From positions 1 to 37,502 of the forward strand of contig CAZSYD010000022.1 in assembly GCA_964611355.1 (NCBI GenBank): a stretch of DNA of 37,502 bases, read 5' to 3'. The stretch comes from an uncultured Ignavibacteriales bacterium. Its GTDB lineage: Bacteria; Zixibacteria; MSB-5A5; GN15; JAAZOE01. Position numbers and translations under genes: made by a program. Shown piece after piece: positions 8,398 to 17,571 of this stretch; the first letter of the stretch is position 1; the number at the start of each line of letters is the position of its first letter. The notes under the pieces were generated by a model. That model did no database searches and was not told the DNA's origin. It saw only the letters and a program-made list of their open reading frames with translations.

Positions 8398-8971
8398 TGA
8401 AGACAAGACCATGATGGAAGTGGAAGAAACGGAAACTCCATCTGTGTCAAAGGGTTCGTCACCGATTAAGAAATACGGCATTTACGGGGCTATTGTCCTG
8501 GTCATGGTATTGGCCGCCTATTTTATCACCCTGAAGGTGGTCAAGCCGATGATCGCCGGCGACGGGCCGGTTGCTGAGCAAGCAAAAGGAAAGACTGAAA
8601 AACCGAAACCGAAAAAGAAAGAGAAGGAACGTGCCCCTAAAAAGGAACATGGTTCGCACGAATCCGAGGCCGGCGATATTTACATGATTGACCAGATTAT
8701 CGTCAATCCGGCCGGAACCGGCGGCAGGAGATTTCTTTCGACGTCAATCGGTTTCGAACTGGAAACCGGCGAGGCCGGTGACCTGCTGAATGAACGGGAA
8801 GCGATAGTCAGGGATGCGCTTATAACTATTTTATCATCGCAGTCTGTACCGGAACTCAGCGACTTCAAGCAGAGAGAAAAGTTGCGAAAACTGATAAGAC
8901 TGCGGGTCAGCAAGCTTTTGCAGACCGAGGATATCGCCGCAGTTTACTTTACGGAATTTATATTGCAATAA
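8390..8971 (+). CDS. fliL: Flagellar basal body-associated protein
   Basis: N-terminal TM helix, IIVNPAG..GRRFL, VRDALITILS and C-terminal VYFTEFILQ. Confidence 0.92.
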   Translation: MADEDKTMMEVEETETPSVSKGSSPIKKYGIYGAIVLVMVLAAYFITLKVVKPMIAGDGPVAEQAKGKTEKPKPKKKEKERAPKKEHGSHESEAGDIYMIDQIIVNPAGTGGRRFLSTSIGFELETGEAGDLLNEREAIVRDALITILSSQSVPELSDFKQREKLRKLIRLRVSKLLQTEDIAAVYFTEFILQ

Positions 8972-8984
8972 CCGGAGACAGGAA

Positions 8985-9980
8985 GTGGCCAAGATATTAT
9001 CACAGGACGAGATTGACGCGCTGTTATCGACGGTGTCATCCGGCGATGAGGCGGGCCAGCCGCAGGAAGTCGCCGACGACAAGTTGCGCTCGGTTGTGGT
9101 GTACGACTTCAAACACCCCAATCGAGTGTCAAAGGATCAACTGCGGACGCTTGAAAATATGCACGAAAACTTCGCCGGTCATATCGGGTCGGTCCTGTCA
9201 AACATTCAGCGGGCCATGCTGGATGTTGATCTGGTTTCGGTTGACCAGATCACTTACTCCGAGTTTATCATGTCGCTGGTATCGCCGTCGTGCACTTATA
9301 CTTTTACGGCCGAGCCGCTCGAGGGCGCCTGTATTATAGACTTTAACCCGTCTTTGACTTATTCCTTTGTCGAGCGGATGTTCGGCGGCAGCGGCAAGGT
9401 GCTCGATACCGGCCGTGAGTTGACCGGTATCGAAAAGTCGTTGATGAACCGGATCGTGCGGGTTGTTTACAAGGAGTTGGAGAATGCCTGGATGCGCGTC
9501 CTCCCGATCAAGACCAGGCAGGTCAGCCTGGAAACCAACCCGCAATTCGTACAGATCGTGCCGCCCGGTGAAACCGTTATTGTAATCTCGTTCCAGTTAA
9601 AGCTGTTGCAATCGACCGGCCTGATGACCATCTGTTATCCCTACGTGGCTCTGGAGTCGATCATCGATAAGCTTTCGGTGCAAAACTGGATCGACGCGAC
9701 CAAAAGAATATCAAAGGACCAGGATGCGGAGCTAAACAGGCAAAACCTGATGTTTCTTAAAACGCCCGTCAAGGCCATTCTGGCTCAAACCGAGGTGAGA
9801 ATCCGTGATTTCCTGAACATGAAAATCGGAGACGTAGTCACAACCGATCATAAGTTGACTCAGGAAATAGAAGTATTTGTCAAAGATTGCAGTAAGTTTA
9901 AGGCCAGTCCCGGCCTGGTTGGCAGGAAAAAAGGATTTATCGTCACCAGGCTCGCCACTGAGACGAGAAAGGAGAATTAG
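8985..9980 (+). CDS. fliM: Flagellar motor switch protein (GTG start)
   Basis: ILSQDEIDALL CheY-binding motif, YDFKHPNRVSKDQLR and ETNPQFVQIV. Confidence 0.96.
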   Translation: MAKILSQDEIDALLSTVSSGDEAGQPQEVADDKLRSVVVYDFKHPNRVSKDQLRTLENMHENFAGHIGSVLSNIQRAMLDVDLVSVDQITYSEFIMSLVSPSCTYTFTAEPLEGACIIDFNPSLTYSFVERMFGGSGKVLDTGRELTGIEKSLMNRIVRVVYKELENAWMRVLPIKTRQVSLETNPQFVQIVPPGETVIVISFQLKLLQSTGLMTICYPYVALESIIDKLSVQNWIDATKRISKDQDAELNRQNLMFLKTPVKAILAQTEVRIRDFLNMKIGDVVTTDHKLTQEIEVFVKDCSKFKASPGLVGRKKGFIVTRLATETRKEN

Positions 9981-9983
9981 CAG

Positions 9984-10727
9984 ATGCCGGATGATGTTAA
10001 ACCGGAAGCCTCATCGGAAGAGGAACTGCAGCCCAATGGCAATGACGCCGTTGAAAACAGCGTTGCTGACGCTCCGGAGGAAGCCGGCGAACCGGTGGCT
10101 GAAAAAGAAATCGACGCCGGGGCTGAAGTTGGGGCCGGGGGAGAATCGGAATCGGAAGCCGATGCTGAGCCGGGCGCCGGGGGTGAGGCGGAAGCCGAAT
10201 CGAAGGCCGAGGTTGAGGCGGGATCTGAAGAAGATGAGGACTTCAAACCGGTCGTGAATGAAGATGACGTGGGAGAAGGCGATGCAGAAGCGGATATGCT
10301 GGCCATTCTCGAGGAGGAAGGGAAGAAAGTCGAAGCCGAGGTTTCCGCCGTCGAAAGTCAGGACGATTTCCCCGATTTGAGCGGTGTCAGGATGGAGGAA
10401 CCGGTCGCCAACCAGGCTGAATTTCAGCAGCTCAGCCCGTCGCGGGATTCGTCTGGTACCACGAATAATATCGATATGCTGCTTGACGTCAAAATGCCGG
10501 TCGCTATCGAACTGGGACGGACGGAAATGCCGATATCGGAGCTTTTGTCCCTCGGCCCGGGCTCGGTGGTTGAACTTAACAAGCTGGCCGGCGAACCGGT
10601 TGACCTGCTGGTTAACAACCGCGTCATCGCCAGGGGTGAGGTGGTCGTGGTTGACGAAAACTTCGGCGTCAGGATTACGCTTCTGCTGTCACCGGAAGAG
10701 AGACTGAAGAGCCTGGCTGAAAATTAA
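9984..10727 (+). CDS. fliN: Flagellar motor switch protein FliN with a long acidic N-terminal extension
   Basis: C-terminal SpoA domain NIDMLLDV...ELGRT...KLAGEPVDLLVN...GEVVVVDENFGVRIT; no CheC-like domain. Confidence 0.92.
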   Translation: MPDDVKPEASSEEELQPNGNDAVENSVADAPEEAGEPVAEKEIDAGAEVGAGGESESEADAEPGAGGEAEAESKAEVEAGSEEDEDFKPVVNEDDVGEGDAEADMLAILEEEGKKVEAEVSAVESQDDFPDLSGVRMEEPVANQAEFQQLSPSRDSSGTTNNIDMLLDVKMPVAIELGRTEMPISELLSLGPGSVVELNKLAGEPVDLLVNNRVIARGEVVVVDENFGVRITLLLSPEERLKSLAEN

Positions 10728-10748
10728 TATTGCAAGAGGTGGAAAAGG

Positions 10749-11315
10749 ATGAGACATAGGATTGTCCCGGGCCTTGTGTTGCTGTTCTTGTGGGGCATGT
10801 TGGCTGCCCCGGTATGGGGCGATATCATTAAAGCCGACAACCCTGAAAGGCTGACCGAACAGGCCGAGGAAAAACCTGCTTCTTCCGAACCCGAAAGCGA
10901 CCGGGTCGAAACGCCCTCCATGACCGATACGGTATTGCCGTCGCTGACGCGAATCGGTCTCTCCCTGCTGATAATTGTCGGTATTATCTACATTTCCGTA
11001 TTCCTGCTGCGCAGGCTGTCGGGACGGAAGGCAGGCGGTGGCGGAGGGAAAACGATTCGGATTATTGAGCAGACATATCTGTCTCCCAAAAAATCGGTCT
11101 GCCTTTTGAAACTGGCCGACCGAGCCGTGCTGGTTGGGATAACCGAGGCGAATATCAATCTCCTGACCGAAATGGCGTGGGACGAATTGCCGCAGGATTT
11201 TCTGCAAAAAGCAACCGAAAGACGGGCGGGATTTCAGGGATTTATGGCCGAGGCGGCCGGGAAACTGTTGGGCGCCAAAAATAATAAAGGAGCGAAGCGT
11301 GAGCGGGGAATTTAA
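10749..11315 (+). CDS. fliO: Flagellar biosynthesis protein FliO/FliZ
   Basis: Signal or TM segment, second TM helix, IRIIEQTYLSPKKSVCLL...VLVGITEANINLL; between fliN and fliP. Confidence 0.88.
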   Translation: MRHRIVPGLVLLFLWGMLAAPVWGDIIKADNPERLTEQAEEKPASSEPESDRVETPSMTDTVLPSLTRIGLSLLIIVGIIYISVFLLRRLSGRKAGGGGGKTIRIIEQTYLSPKKSVCLLKLADRAVLVGITEANINLLTEMAWDELPQDFLQKATERRAGFQGFMAEAAGKLLGAKNNKGAKRERGI

Positions 11316-12078
11316 AAGGCGGCGCATGGTGAAGTTCATCACGGTGCTGTTATTTTTTGTCCTTGCTGTTACGGTCTTTAACTATACGCCCGCTCAGGGG
11401 CAGGCATTGCCGAAGATTTCGATCGGTGTGGAGCCTTCCGAGGACGCGCAGGATATCTCGGTGGCGCTGCAGATTGTCCTTTTGCTGACGGTTTTAACAT
11501 TGGCGCCGTCGATCCTGATAATGATGACTTCATTTATTCGAATCACGGTGGTGCTTTCCTTTCTTCGCCAGGCCATCGGCACCAATCAGATGCCGCCCAA
11601 TCAGTTGATTGTTGCACTGTCGCTTATCCTGACTTTTTTTATCATGGCGCCGGTCGGCAACCAGGTGTACCAGAGCGGGCTCAAACCGTACCTTGACGGT
11701 CAAGTTACGCAGGACGAAGCGTTTGAGAACGGCATGAAACCGGTCCGGGGTTTTATGCTCAAGCAGGTTCGTGAAAAAGACCTGGCTTTGTTCGTCAAAC
11801 TGTCCGGAATGGAACGTCCTCAAAACAAGGATGATATCCCGACCCGGCTGTTGATACCCGGTTTTGTAATCTCGGAACTCAGGATCGCCTTTCAGATTGC
11901 CTTCGTCGTTTTCATTCCGTTCATGATTATCGATATGGTCGTAGCCTCGGTTTTAATGTCGATGGGTATGATGATGCTGCCGCCGATTATGGTGGCGCTG
12001 CCGTTTAAGATACTCCTGTTTGTCCTGGTGGACGGGTGGTATCTGATAGTCAAAGCATTGGTCGAATCGTTTGGATAA
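11299..12078 (+). CDS. fliP: Flagellar export gate protein (alternative start ATG 11326)
   Basis: MMTSFIRI, RQAIGTNQMPPNQ, MGMMMLPP and LFVLVDGW. Confidence 0.97.
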   Translation: MSGEFKRRRMVKFITVLLFFVLAVTVFNYTPAQGQALPKISIGVEPSEDAQDISVALQIVLLLTVLTLAPSILIMMTSFIRITVVLSFLRQAIGTNQMPPNQLIVALSLILTFFIMAPVGNQVYQSGLKPYLDGQVTQDEAFENGMKPVRGFMLKQVREKDLALFVKLSGMERPQNKDDIPTRLLIPGFVISELRIAFQIAFVVFIPFMIIDMVVASVLMSMGMMMLPPIMVALPFKILLFVLVDGWYLIVKALVESFG

Positions 12079-12087
12079 GGTGATGGT

Positions 12088-12357
12088 ATGACGCCGCAAT
12101 TTGTACTGGCCCTCGGACGCGAGGCTATTTTGCTGACCCTGATGGTGTCGGCTCCGATGCTGGCGGCCGGTTTGCTGGTCGGTCTTATTATTTCGGTTCT
12201 CCAGGCGGTGACCCAGATTCATGAGATGACGCTCACTTTTATTCCCAAGATAGTTGCGGTCGCTTTTGCTCTGTTGATTTTTCTTTCATGGATGATAAAT
12301 CTTATCGTAGATTTCACCATCCGGCTGATTAATTCCATACCCTCTATTGCCGGTTAG
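12088..12357 (+). CDS. fliQ: Flagellar export protein
   Basis: ISVLQAVTQIHEMTLTFIPKI. Confidence 0.97.
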   Translation: MTPQFVLALGREAILLTLMVSAPMLAAGLLVGLIISVLQAVTQIHEMTLTFIPKIVAVAFALLIFLSWMINLIVDFTIRLINSIPSIAG

Positions 12358-12390
12358 AAAAATATTCCCCCATCTTGAGTATTATTTTCC
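12355..12390 (+). promoter_or_regulatory. Tandem candidate enhancer-binding-protein boxes upstream of sigma54 promoter 2
   Basis: TAGAAAaataTTCC (12355-12368) and GAGTATTATTTTCC (12377-12390); parallel to 2441-2477. Confidence 0.45.
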
Positions 12391-12485
12391 TTTTTGGTGG
12401 CCGGGCCGTTTGAGAGAACCTTTCGCGACCCTTGTAACTCATTTGATAACAATATGATAGTTGATAATTAACGACTGTTTCATTC

Positions 12486-12501
12486 CGGCACAGAGCTTGC
12501 A
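12486..12501 (+). promoter_or_regulatory. Internal sigma54 (-24/-12) promoter upstream of fliR
   Basis: CGGCACAGAGCTTGCA with GG-N10-GC, in the 183-bp fliQ-fliR gap, preceded by an AT-rich IHF-like tract. Confidence 0.8.
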
Positions 12502-12540
12502 ATTAAGGCGGGCGATAACCATTAGTGCGGGATTTCCAAG

Positions 12541-13338
12541 GTGTTGGATTTTATAAATTTAGGCGCGGAGAAGATACAGTTGTTTATCCTCCTGACGATG
12601 CGCATCGGCGGTATCATGTTGACTGCTCCTGTTTTTTCGCATCGTTCGATTCCGAGACGGATTGCCATATCAATGACTCTTGGGCTGAGTGTTATTCTCC
12701 TGCCGATTTTTTTTGAAACGGCCCTTCCGCAAACGACCGGCCTTATCGACCTGGGCATTCTTTGTTTGAAGGAGATATTCGTCGGGGTCCTTATCGGGCT
12801 GGTATTCAGCGTCATTTTTCTCGGCGTCAGGCTGGCCGGTTCGATAGTCGGTTATCAGATCGGGTTTGCCATGGTAAACGTGGTTGACCCCAATTCCTCG
12901 ATCCAGGTATCCATCCTGGGAGAGTTCTGGTTTCTGGTGGCGACGCTGATTTTTCTGACCATAAACGGACATCACATCATTATCAGCGGCCTGGTTGATT
13001 CTTTCCGGATTATTCCCCTTGGAATGGCTACTCCGTCCGGCGGGGTCGGCGAATGGTTTTTGAAATACACTTCGTTTGTTTTTGTGCTGGGTCTGAAGTT
13101 TGCCGCGCCGGTGATTCTGACCATCCTCCTGATCGAAGTCGCGATGGGTATTCTGGCGCGCACCATGCCGCAGATGAATATCTTCATCGTCGGTTTCCCG
13201 CTGAAGATTTTCACCGGCCTGCTAATGATCGGCGTGTCGCTGCCGGTCTTTGCCTATCTGCTTCAAAAGATTTGCGACAACCTGGATAACGAAATGGCTT
13301 ACCTGATGAAGGTCTATAACGTGAGCGGAACGATTTAA
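12541..13338 (+). CDS. fliR: Flagellar export protein (GTG start)
   Basis: Hydrophobic; AGSIVGYQIGFAM..VVDP and ARTMPQMNIFIVGFPLKI. Confidence 0.96.
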   Translation: MLDFINLGAEKIQLFILLTMRIGGIMLTAPVFSHRSIPRRIAISMTLGLSVILLPIFFETALPQTTGLIDLGILCLKEIFVGVLIGLVFSVIFLGVRLAGSIVGYQIGFAMVNVVDPNSSIQVSILGEFWFLVATLIFLTINGHHIIISGLVDSFRIIPLGMATPSGGVGEWFLKYTSFVFVLGLKFAAPVILTILLIEVAMGILARTMPQMNIFIVGFPLKIFTGLLMIGVSLPVFAYLLQKICDNLDNEMAYLMKVYNVSGTI

Positions 13339-13339
13339 G

Positions 13340-14416
13340 ATGGCGGATACAGCGCAGGAAAAAACAGAACGAGCAACTCCACGGAAACTGGAAAAGGCCC
13401 GTGAGCAAGGCCAGGTAGCCAGTTCTCAGGATCTCAATTCGGTTGTCATTATAACTTTCGGCTTTTTGACAATTTATTTCATGGGGCCGATTCTGTTTAA
13501 CAACCTGGGCCGGTTGATGAAGAATACACTTTCGGATGCGCCCGGTATGATGGTTAATCCGGACACCATTGCGCAGGTTTTTACCGATAAGATTTTCGCC
13601 TTTGCCGCCGTGGTCGGTCCGATTTTTCTTTCGCTGGCTTTTTTTGCCTATCTGATTAATGTCGCCCAGGTCGGAATCCTCTTTTCGGCCAAGTCGATTG
13701 AGCCGAAGCCGGATAAGTTGGATATCGCCAAAGGACTGAAACGACTTATCTCGAAGAAATCGCTGGCCAATCTCATCCGCGACATACTGAAAACGATTAT
13801 TATTGCTATCATTGCCTACTATACGATTTCCGGTTGGCTGCCTGAGATATTGTCAATGGGCGATAAAACAGTGGGCCAGTATGGGGCTACGCTGGGCCGC
13901 CTTGGTATTATCCTATCCATAAAAATTATGCTCGCGCTCCTGATTATAGCCCTTTTCGATTTTGCATTTCAGAGATACGATCACGCCACGCAGTTGAAGA
14001 TGACCAAGCAGGAAGTCAGGGAAGAATTGAAGGATACCGAGGGTAATCCGATAATCAAGGGCCGCGTCAGGCAAATTCAGCGTGAGATGGCCCGGCGGCG
14101 GATGATGTCGGAAATCCCTAAGGCGGACGTGGTAATCACCAACCCGACTCAGGTCGCCGTGGCGCTCAAGTACGATCCCCAAACGATGGAAGCGCCGACG
14201 GTGGTGGGCAAGGGACAGCGCCTGATCGCCGAGCAGATTAAAAAGATTGCCCGCGAATATGACATCCCGATCGTTGAAAACAAGCCGCTGGCCCGGTCGC
14301 TTTTCAAGATGGTCGACGTGGGCGAGATGGTTCCTCACACTCTGTATCGAGCTGTGGCCGAAGTCCTGGCTTACATCTATCGCCTTAAGGATCGGAAGGG
14401 GGTAAGCCTTGGTTGA
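13340..14416 (+). CDS. flhB: Flagellar export switch protein
   Basis: EKTERATPRKLEKAREQGQV, LKMTKQEVREE..EGNP and ADVVITNPTQ. Confidence 0.97.
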   Translation: MADTAQEKTERATPRKLEKAREQGQVASSQDLNSVVIITFGFLTIYFMGPILFNNLGRLMKNTLSDAPGMMVNPDTIAQVFTDKIFAFAAVVGPIFLSLAFFAYLINVAQVGILFSAKSIEPKPDKLDIAKGLKRLISKKSLANLIRDILKTIIIAIIAYYTISGWLPEILSMGDKTVGQYGATLGRLGIILSIKIMLALLIIALFDFAFQRYDHATQLKMTKQEVREELKDTEGNPIIKGRVRQIQREMARRRMMSEIPKADVVITNPTQVAVALKYDPQTMEAPTVVGKGQRLIAEQIKKIAREYDIPIVENKPLARSLFKMVDVGEMVPHTLYRAVAEVLAYIYRLKDRKGVSLG

Positions 14417-16484
14417 TCAGAGAAAATCAATTCTAAACGCCATAACGGATCATTCGGACGTGGCTATGGCGGTTCTGGTGGTGGCTGTAATGGCGGTGCT
14501 GGTTCTGCCGCTTCCGCCCGGATTGCTCGATTTTGCACTGGCCTTTAATATCGCCTTTTCGATCGTCATCCTGATTGCCACGCTTTACATCACCAGCCCG
14601 CTTGATCTGTCAGTTTTTCCGGGGATGCTCCTGATCGTTACCCTTATTCGACTTTCGCTGAACGTCGCCTCGACCCGCCTTATCCTCGGTGAGGGATACG
14701 CTGGTGAAGTGATTAATTCATTCGGCAACTTCGTGGTCAAGGGCAACTACATTGTTGGCTTCATTGTCTTTTTAATTCTGGTCATCATTCAGTTCGTGGT
14801 CATTACCAAGGGCGCTACGCGAATCTCGGAAGTTGCCGCCCGTTTTACCCTTGACGCTATGCCGGGCAAACAGATGGCGATTGATGCCGACCTGAACGCG
14901 GGATTGATCTCCGATAACGAAGCCCGCGGCCGGCGGACGGTGATTGCCCGCGAAGCCGATTTTTACGGCGCCATGGACGGCGCCTCCAAATTTGTCCGGG
15001 GCGACGCCATCGCCGGCATTCTGATTACTGCCATAAATATCATCGGCGGCTTTGTGATCGGCATCGTCATGCAGGACCTGTCGGTTACGGAGTCGCTTCA
15101 TACTTACACCCTGCTGTCGGTCGGCGATGGCCTGGTGACACAGATTCCGGCTTTGATAGTTTCCAGTTCAGCCGGTATTGTCGTCACGCGGTCGGCGGCT
15201 GAAAACAACCTCGGTAAGGACTTGGTCAGACAGTTGAGCTTCCAGCCCAAGGCGATAATGATCGCCTCAGGGGTAATCCTTGTCTTTGGCATAGTGCCGG
15301 GGATGCCGACTTTGCCGTTTGTCGGGCTGGGATCGGTCCTGGGAGTACTGGCGGTTCTGGTCGAAAGAGATCGTAAATCGGTTGCCCAGCGCGAGCAGCG
15401 CGAGGAAACGGAAAAAGCGAAACAGCCTCTCGAAGAGAGAACCGAGGACCTGCTCAAAGTCGATACGCTGGAAATCGAAATCGGTTACGGTCTGATACCG
15501 ATGGTCGATGCCAATCAGGGCGGCGATCTTTTGGATCGAATAACCGTTATCCGAAAGCAGACAGCCCTCGATACGGGCATAATCGTTCCGGCTATTCGTA
15601 TCCGCGACAATGTCCAACTGCAGCCAAATGAATATGTCATAAAGATTAAGGGGCTGGTGGCCACCAGGGGAGAACTGATGCCCGATCACCTGATGGCCAT
15701 CAATCCCGGTTACATAGATGACGAAATAGAAGGTTTTGAGACGGTCGAACCGGCTTTCAACCTCCGCGCTCACTGGATTATTCCCGGCCTTAAGGAAACC
15801 GCCGAAGCCAAAGGCTACACCGTGGTCGAATCGACAGCCGTTCTGGCCACTCATCTTACCGAAGTCATTCGCGGCAACGCCGCCGAAATCATTTCCCGTC
15901 AGGATGTGCAGCATTTGCTTGATAATCTTAAGCAGGATCAGCCGGCCCTGGTGGATGGCGTCATTCCCGATCTCGTGTCTCTGCCGGCGGCGCATAAAAT
16001 TATCCAGTTGCTGCTCGAGGAGCGGGTGCCGGTGCGTGACCTGGGAACGATCATGGAAACGATTTCCGACTATGCGGAATCCACCAAAGACCCTGAAGTT
16101 TTGGCCGAATACTGCCGGATCGCTCTCCGCCGCCGGATTTCGGATATGCTTAAGGATAATGACGGCAAGATTCACTGTTTTACTCTCTCTCCCACAGTAG
16201 AACAGTTTTTATCCAATTCGGTCCAGAGTACCAAACAGGGGATAATTCTGGTGTTGCAGCCGGAGGTTTCCGAAAAGCTGGTCAAGTTGACGCTGGAACA
16301 GGCTGATAACCTTTCCACGGGCGGATATCATCCGATATGTCTTACCTCGCCGAATGTCCGGCTGGCTTTCCGGCGTCTGATGGAGTCGTCGATGCCGCAT
16401 CTGGCCGTCGTGTCGTACAATGAGATTCACCGCGATGTGGAAGTGATTTCAACCGGAATGGTGGAGTTGAACAATGATAATTAA
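14409..16484 (+). CDS. flhA: Flagellar export gate protein (TTG start)
   Basis: EVAARFTLDAMPGKQMAIDADLNAG and FYGAMDGASKFVRGDA. Confidence 0.98.
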   Translation: MVDQRKSILNAITDHSDVAMAVLVVAVMAVLVLPLPPGLLDFALAFNIAFSIVILIATLYITSPLDLSVFPGMLLIVTLIRLSLNVASTRLILGEGYAGEVINSFGNFVVKGNYIVGFIVFLILVIIQFVVITKGATRISEVAARFTLDAMPGKQMAIDADLNAGLISDNEARGRRTVIAREADFYGAMDGASKFVRGDAIAGILITAINIIGGFVIGIVMQDLSVTESLHTYTLLSVGDGLVTQIPALIVSSSAGIVVTRSAAENNLGKDLVRQLSFQPKAIMIASGVILVFGIVPGMPTLPFVGLGSVLGVLAVLVERDRKSVAQREQREETEKAKQPLEERTEDLLKVDTLEIEIGYGLIPMVDANQGGDLLDRITVIRKQTALDTGIIVPAIRIRDNVQLQPNEYVIKIKGLVATRGELMPDHLMAINPGYIDDEIEGFETVEPAFNLRAHWIIPGLKETAEAKGYTVVESTAVLATHLTEVIRGNAAEIISRQDVQHLLDNLKQDQPALVDGVIPDLVSLPAAHKIIQLLLEERVPVRDLGTIMETISDYAESTKDPEVLAEYCRIALRRRISDMLKDNDGKIHCFTLSPTVEQFLSNSVQSTKQGIILVLQPEVSEKLVKLTLEQADNLSTGGYHPICLTSPNVRLAFRRLMESSMPHLAVVSYNEIHRDVEVISTGMVELNNDN

Positions 16485-17571
16485 ATCGTTTGTCTCGGAT
16501 ACCGTCGCCGGCGCGTTAAAAATGGTGCGCAGTGAACTTGGCGGCGACGCGGTTATTCTGAAGACCAGGAAACTAAATCAAAAATCGGCCGTGGGGGGCA
16601 GGGTGGAAGTGACCGCCTGTATCGACCGGGCTCGCGGCTCAGCGGCATCGGTTGAGCCTGCCGATGTTTCGTCTCGACCGCCTGCAGACCGGCAGAAGTA
16701 TTTCCCGGCCGAGGAGATCGTCCAAAAGCTCGATTTTTTGATCGACATCTTTCAAGCGCCGATGCGAAAAAGCGCATTTCCCGGAAATATCGGGCAGCTT
16801 TTCACAGCCATGTTGCACGCCGACATCCCGGAAACGATGGCCTGTGATCTGGCCGACAGACTCAGAGAGCGGTTTGATCCTGACGATGACTATAATTCAA
16901 TCGCCTCGACGGCCGTACAGATGCTTATTGATCAACTCCCCAAGACCAGGGAATCGTATCTCTTTAAGGCTAAACAAAAGATTGTCATGGTCGGGCCGGC
17001 CGGAAGCGGCAAGACGTCGCTGATGGGGCGGCTGACCGGCTATCTGGTTGGCGAGCGGAAGCTGGCCGTCTGTCTGACCTCGCTTGATAATGTCAAAGTT
17101 TCGGCGCCTGAGGAGCTTTTGACTTACGCTGAGATTCTCGACGTCGATCATTTCGAGATGCCGCGGGAGATTGACCGGACTTTGCTGGAAGATCAGGGTA
17201 AAGACAAGGTAACCCTGATCGATACTCCGGCTCTTAACACCCGCGACCGTGATGAGATCGGGCTATACGCCGAGAAGCTGACGCGCATAAAGCCGCACCG
17301 GGTCATCGGCGTTTTCCCGGCCACCTTCCGGACCAGTGACCTTTTGGACACGCTTCGCGCTTACCGGCCGCTCAAATTGACCGAAATAGCCGTAACCCTG
17401 ACCGACCAAACCAGTCGCCTTGGAGGTATGATTGCTCTTTCGATTCAGACCGGACTTCCGATTTCGATCCTTGGTACGGGGCGCAAGGTGGGCGGCATAG
17501 ATTTGGCGCCGGATCACAGAAAAATCATCCGGGCCTTTCTCGGAGCAGAGAAGGTAACAAATGATGAATAA
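16474..17571 (+). CDS. flhF: SRP-family flagellar GTPase with degenerate G motifs
   Basis: N-terminal ALKMVRSELGGDAVILKTRK...VEVTA; P-loop GPAGSGKTS; located between flhA and flhG. Confidence 0.88.
   Translation: MIIKSFVSDTVAGALKMVRSELGGDAVILKTRKLNQKSAVGGRVEVTACIDRARGSAASVEPADVSSRPPADRQKYFPAEEIVQKLDFLIDIFQAPMRKSAFPGNIGQLFTAMLHADIPETMACDLADRLRERFDPDDDYNSIASTAVQMLIDQLPKTRESYLFKAKQKIVMVGPAGSGKTSLMGRLTGYLVGERKLAVCLTSLDNVKVSAPEELLTYAEILDVDHFEMPREIDRTLLEDQGKDKVTLIDTPALNTRDRDEIGLYAEKLTRIKPHRVIGVFPATFRTSDLLDTLRAYRPLKLTEIAVTLTDQTSRLGGMIALSIQTGLPISILGTGRKVGGIDLAPDHRKIIRAFLGAEKVTNDE

Noticed and set aside
9984..10727. Calling this gene fliY
   Set aside because: There is no CheC-like ExxN phosphatase domain; the N-terminus is low-complexity.
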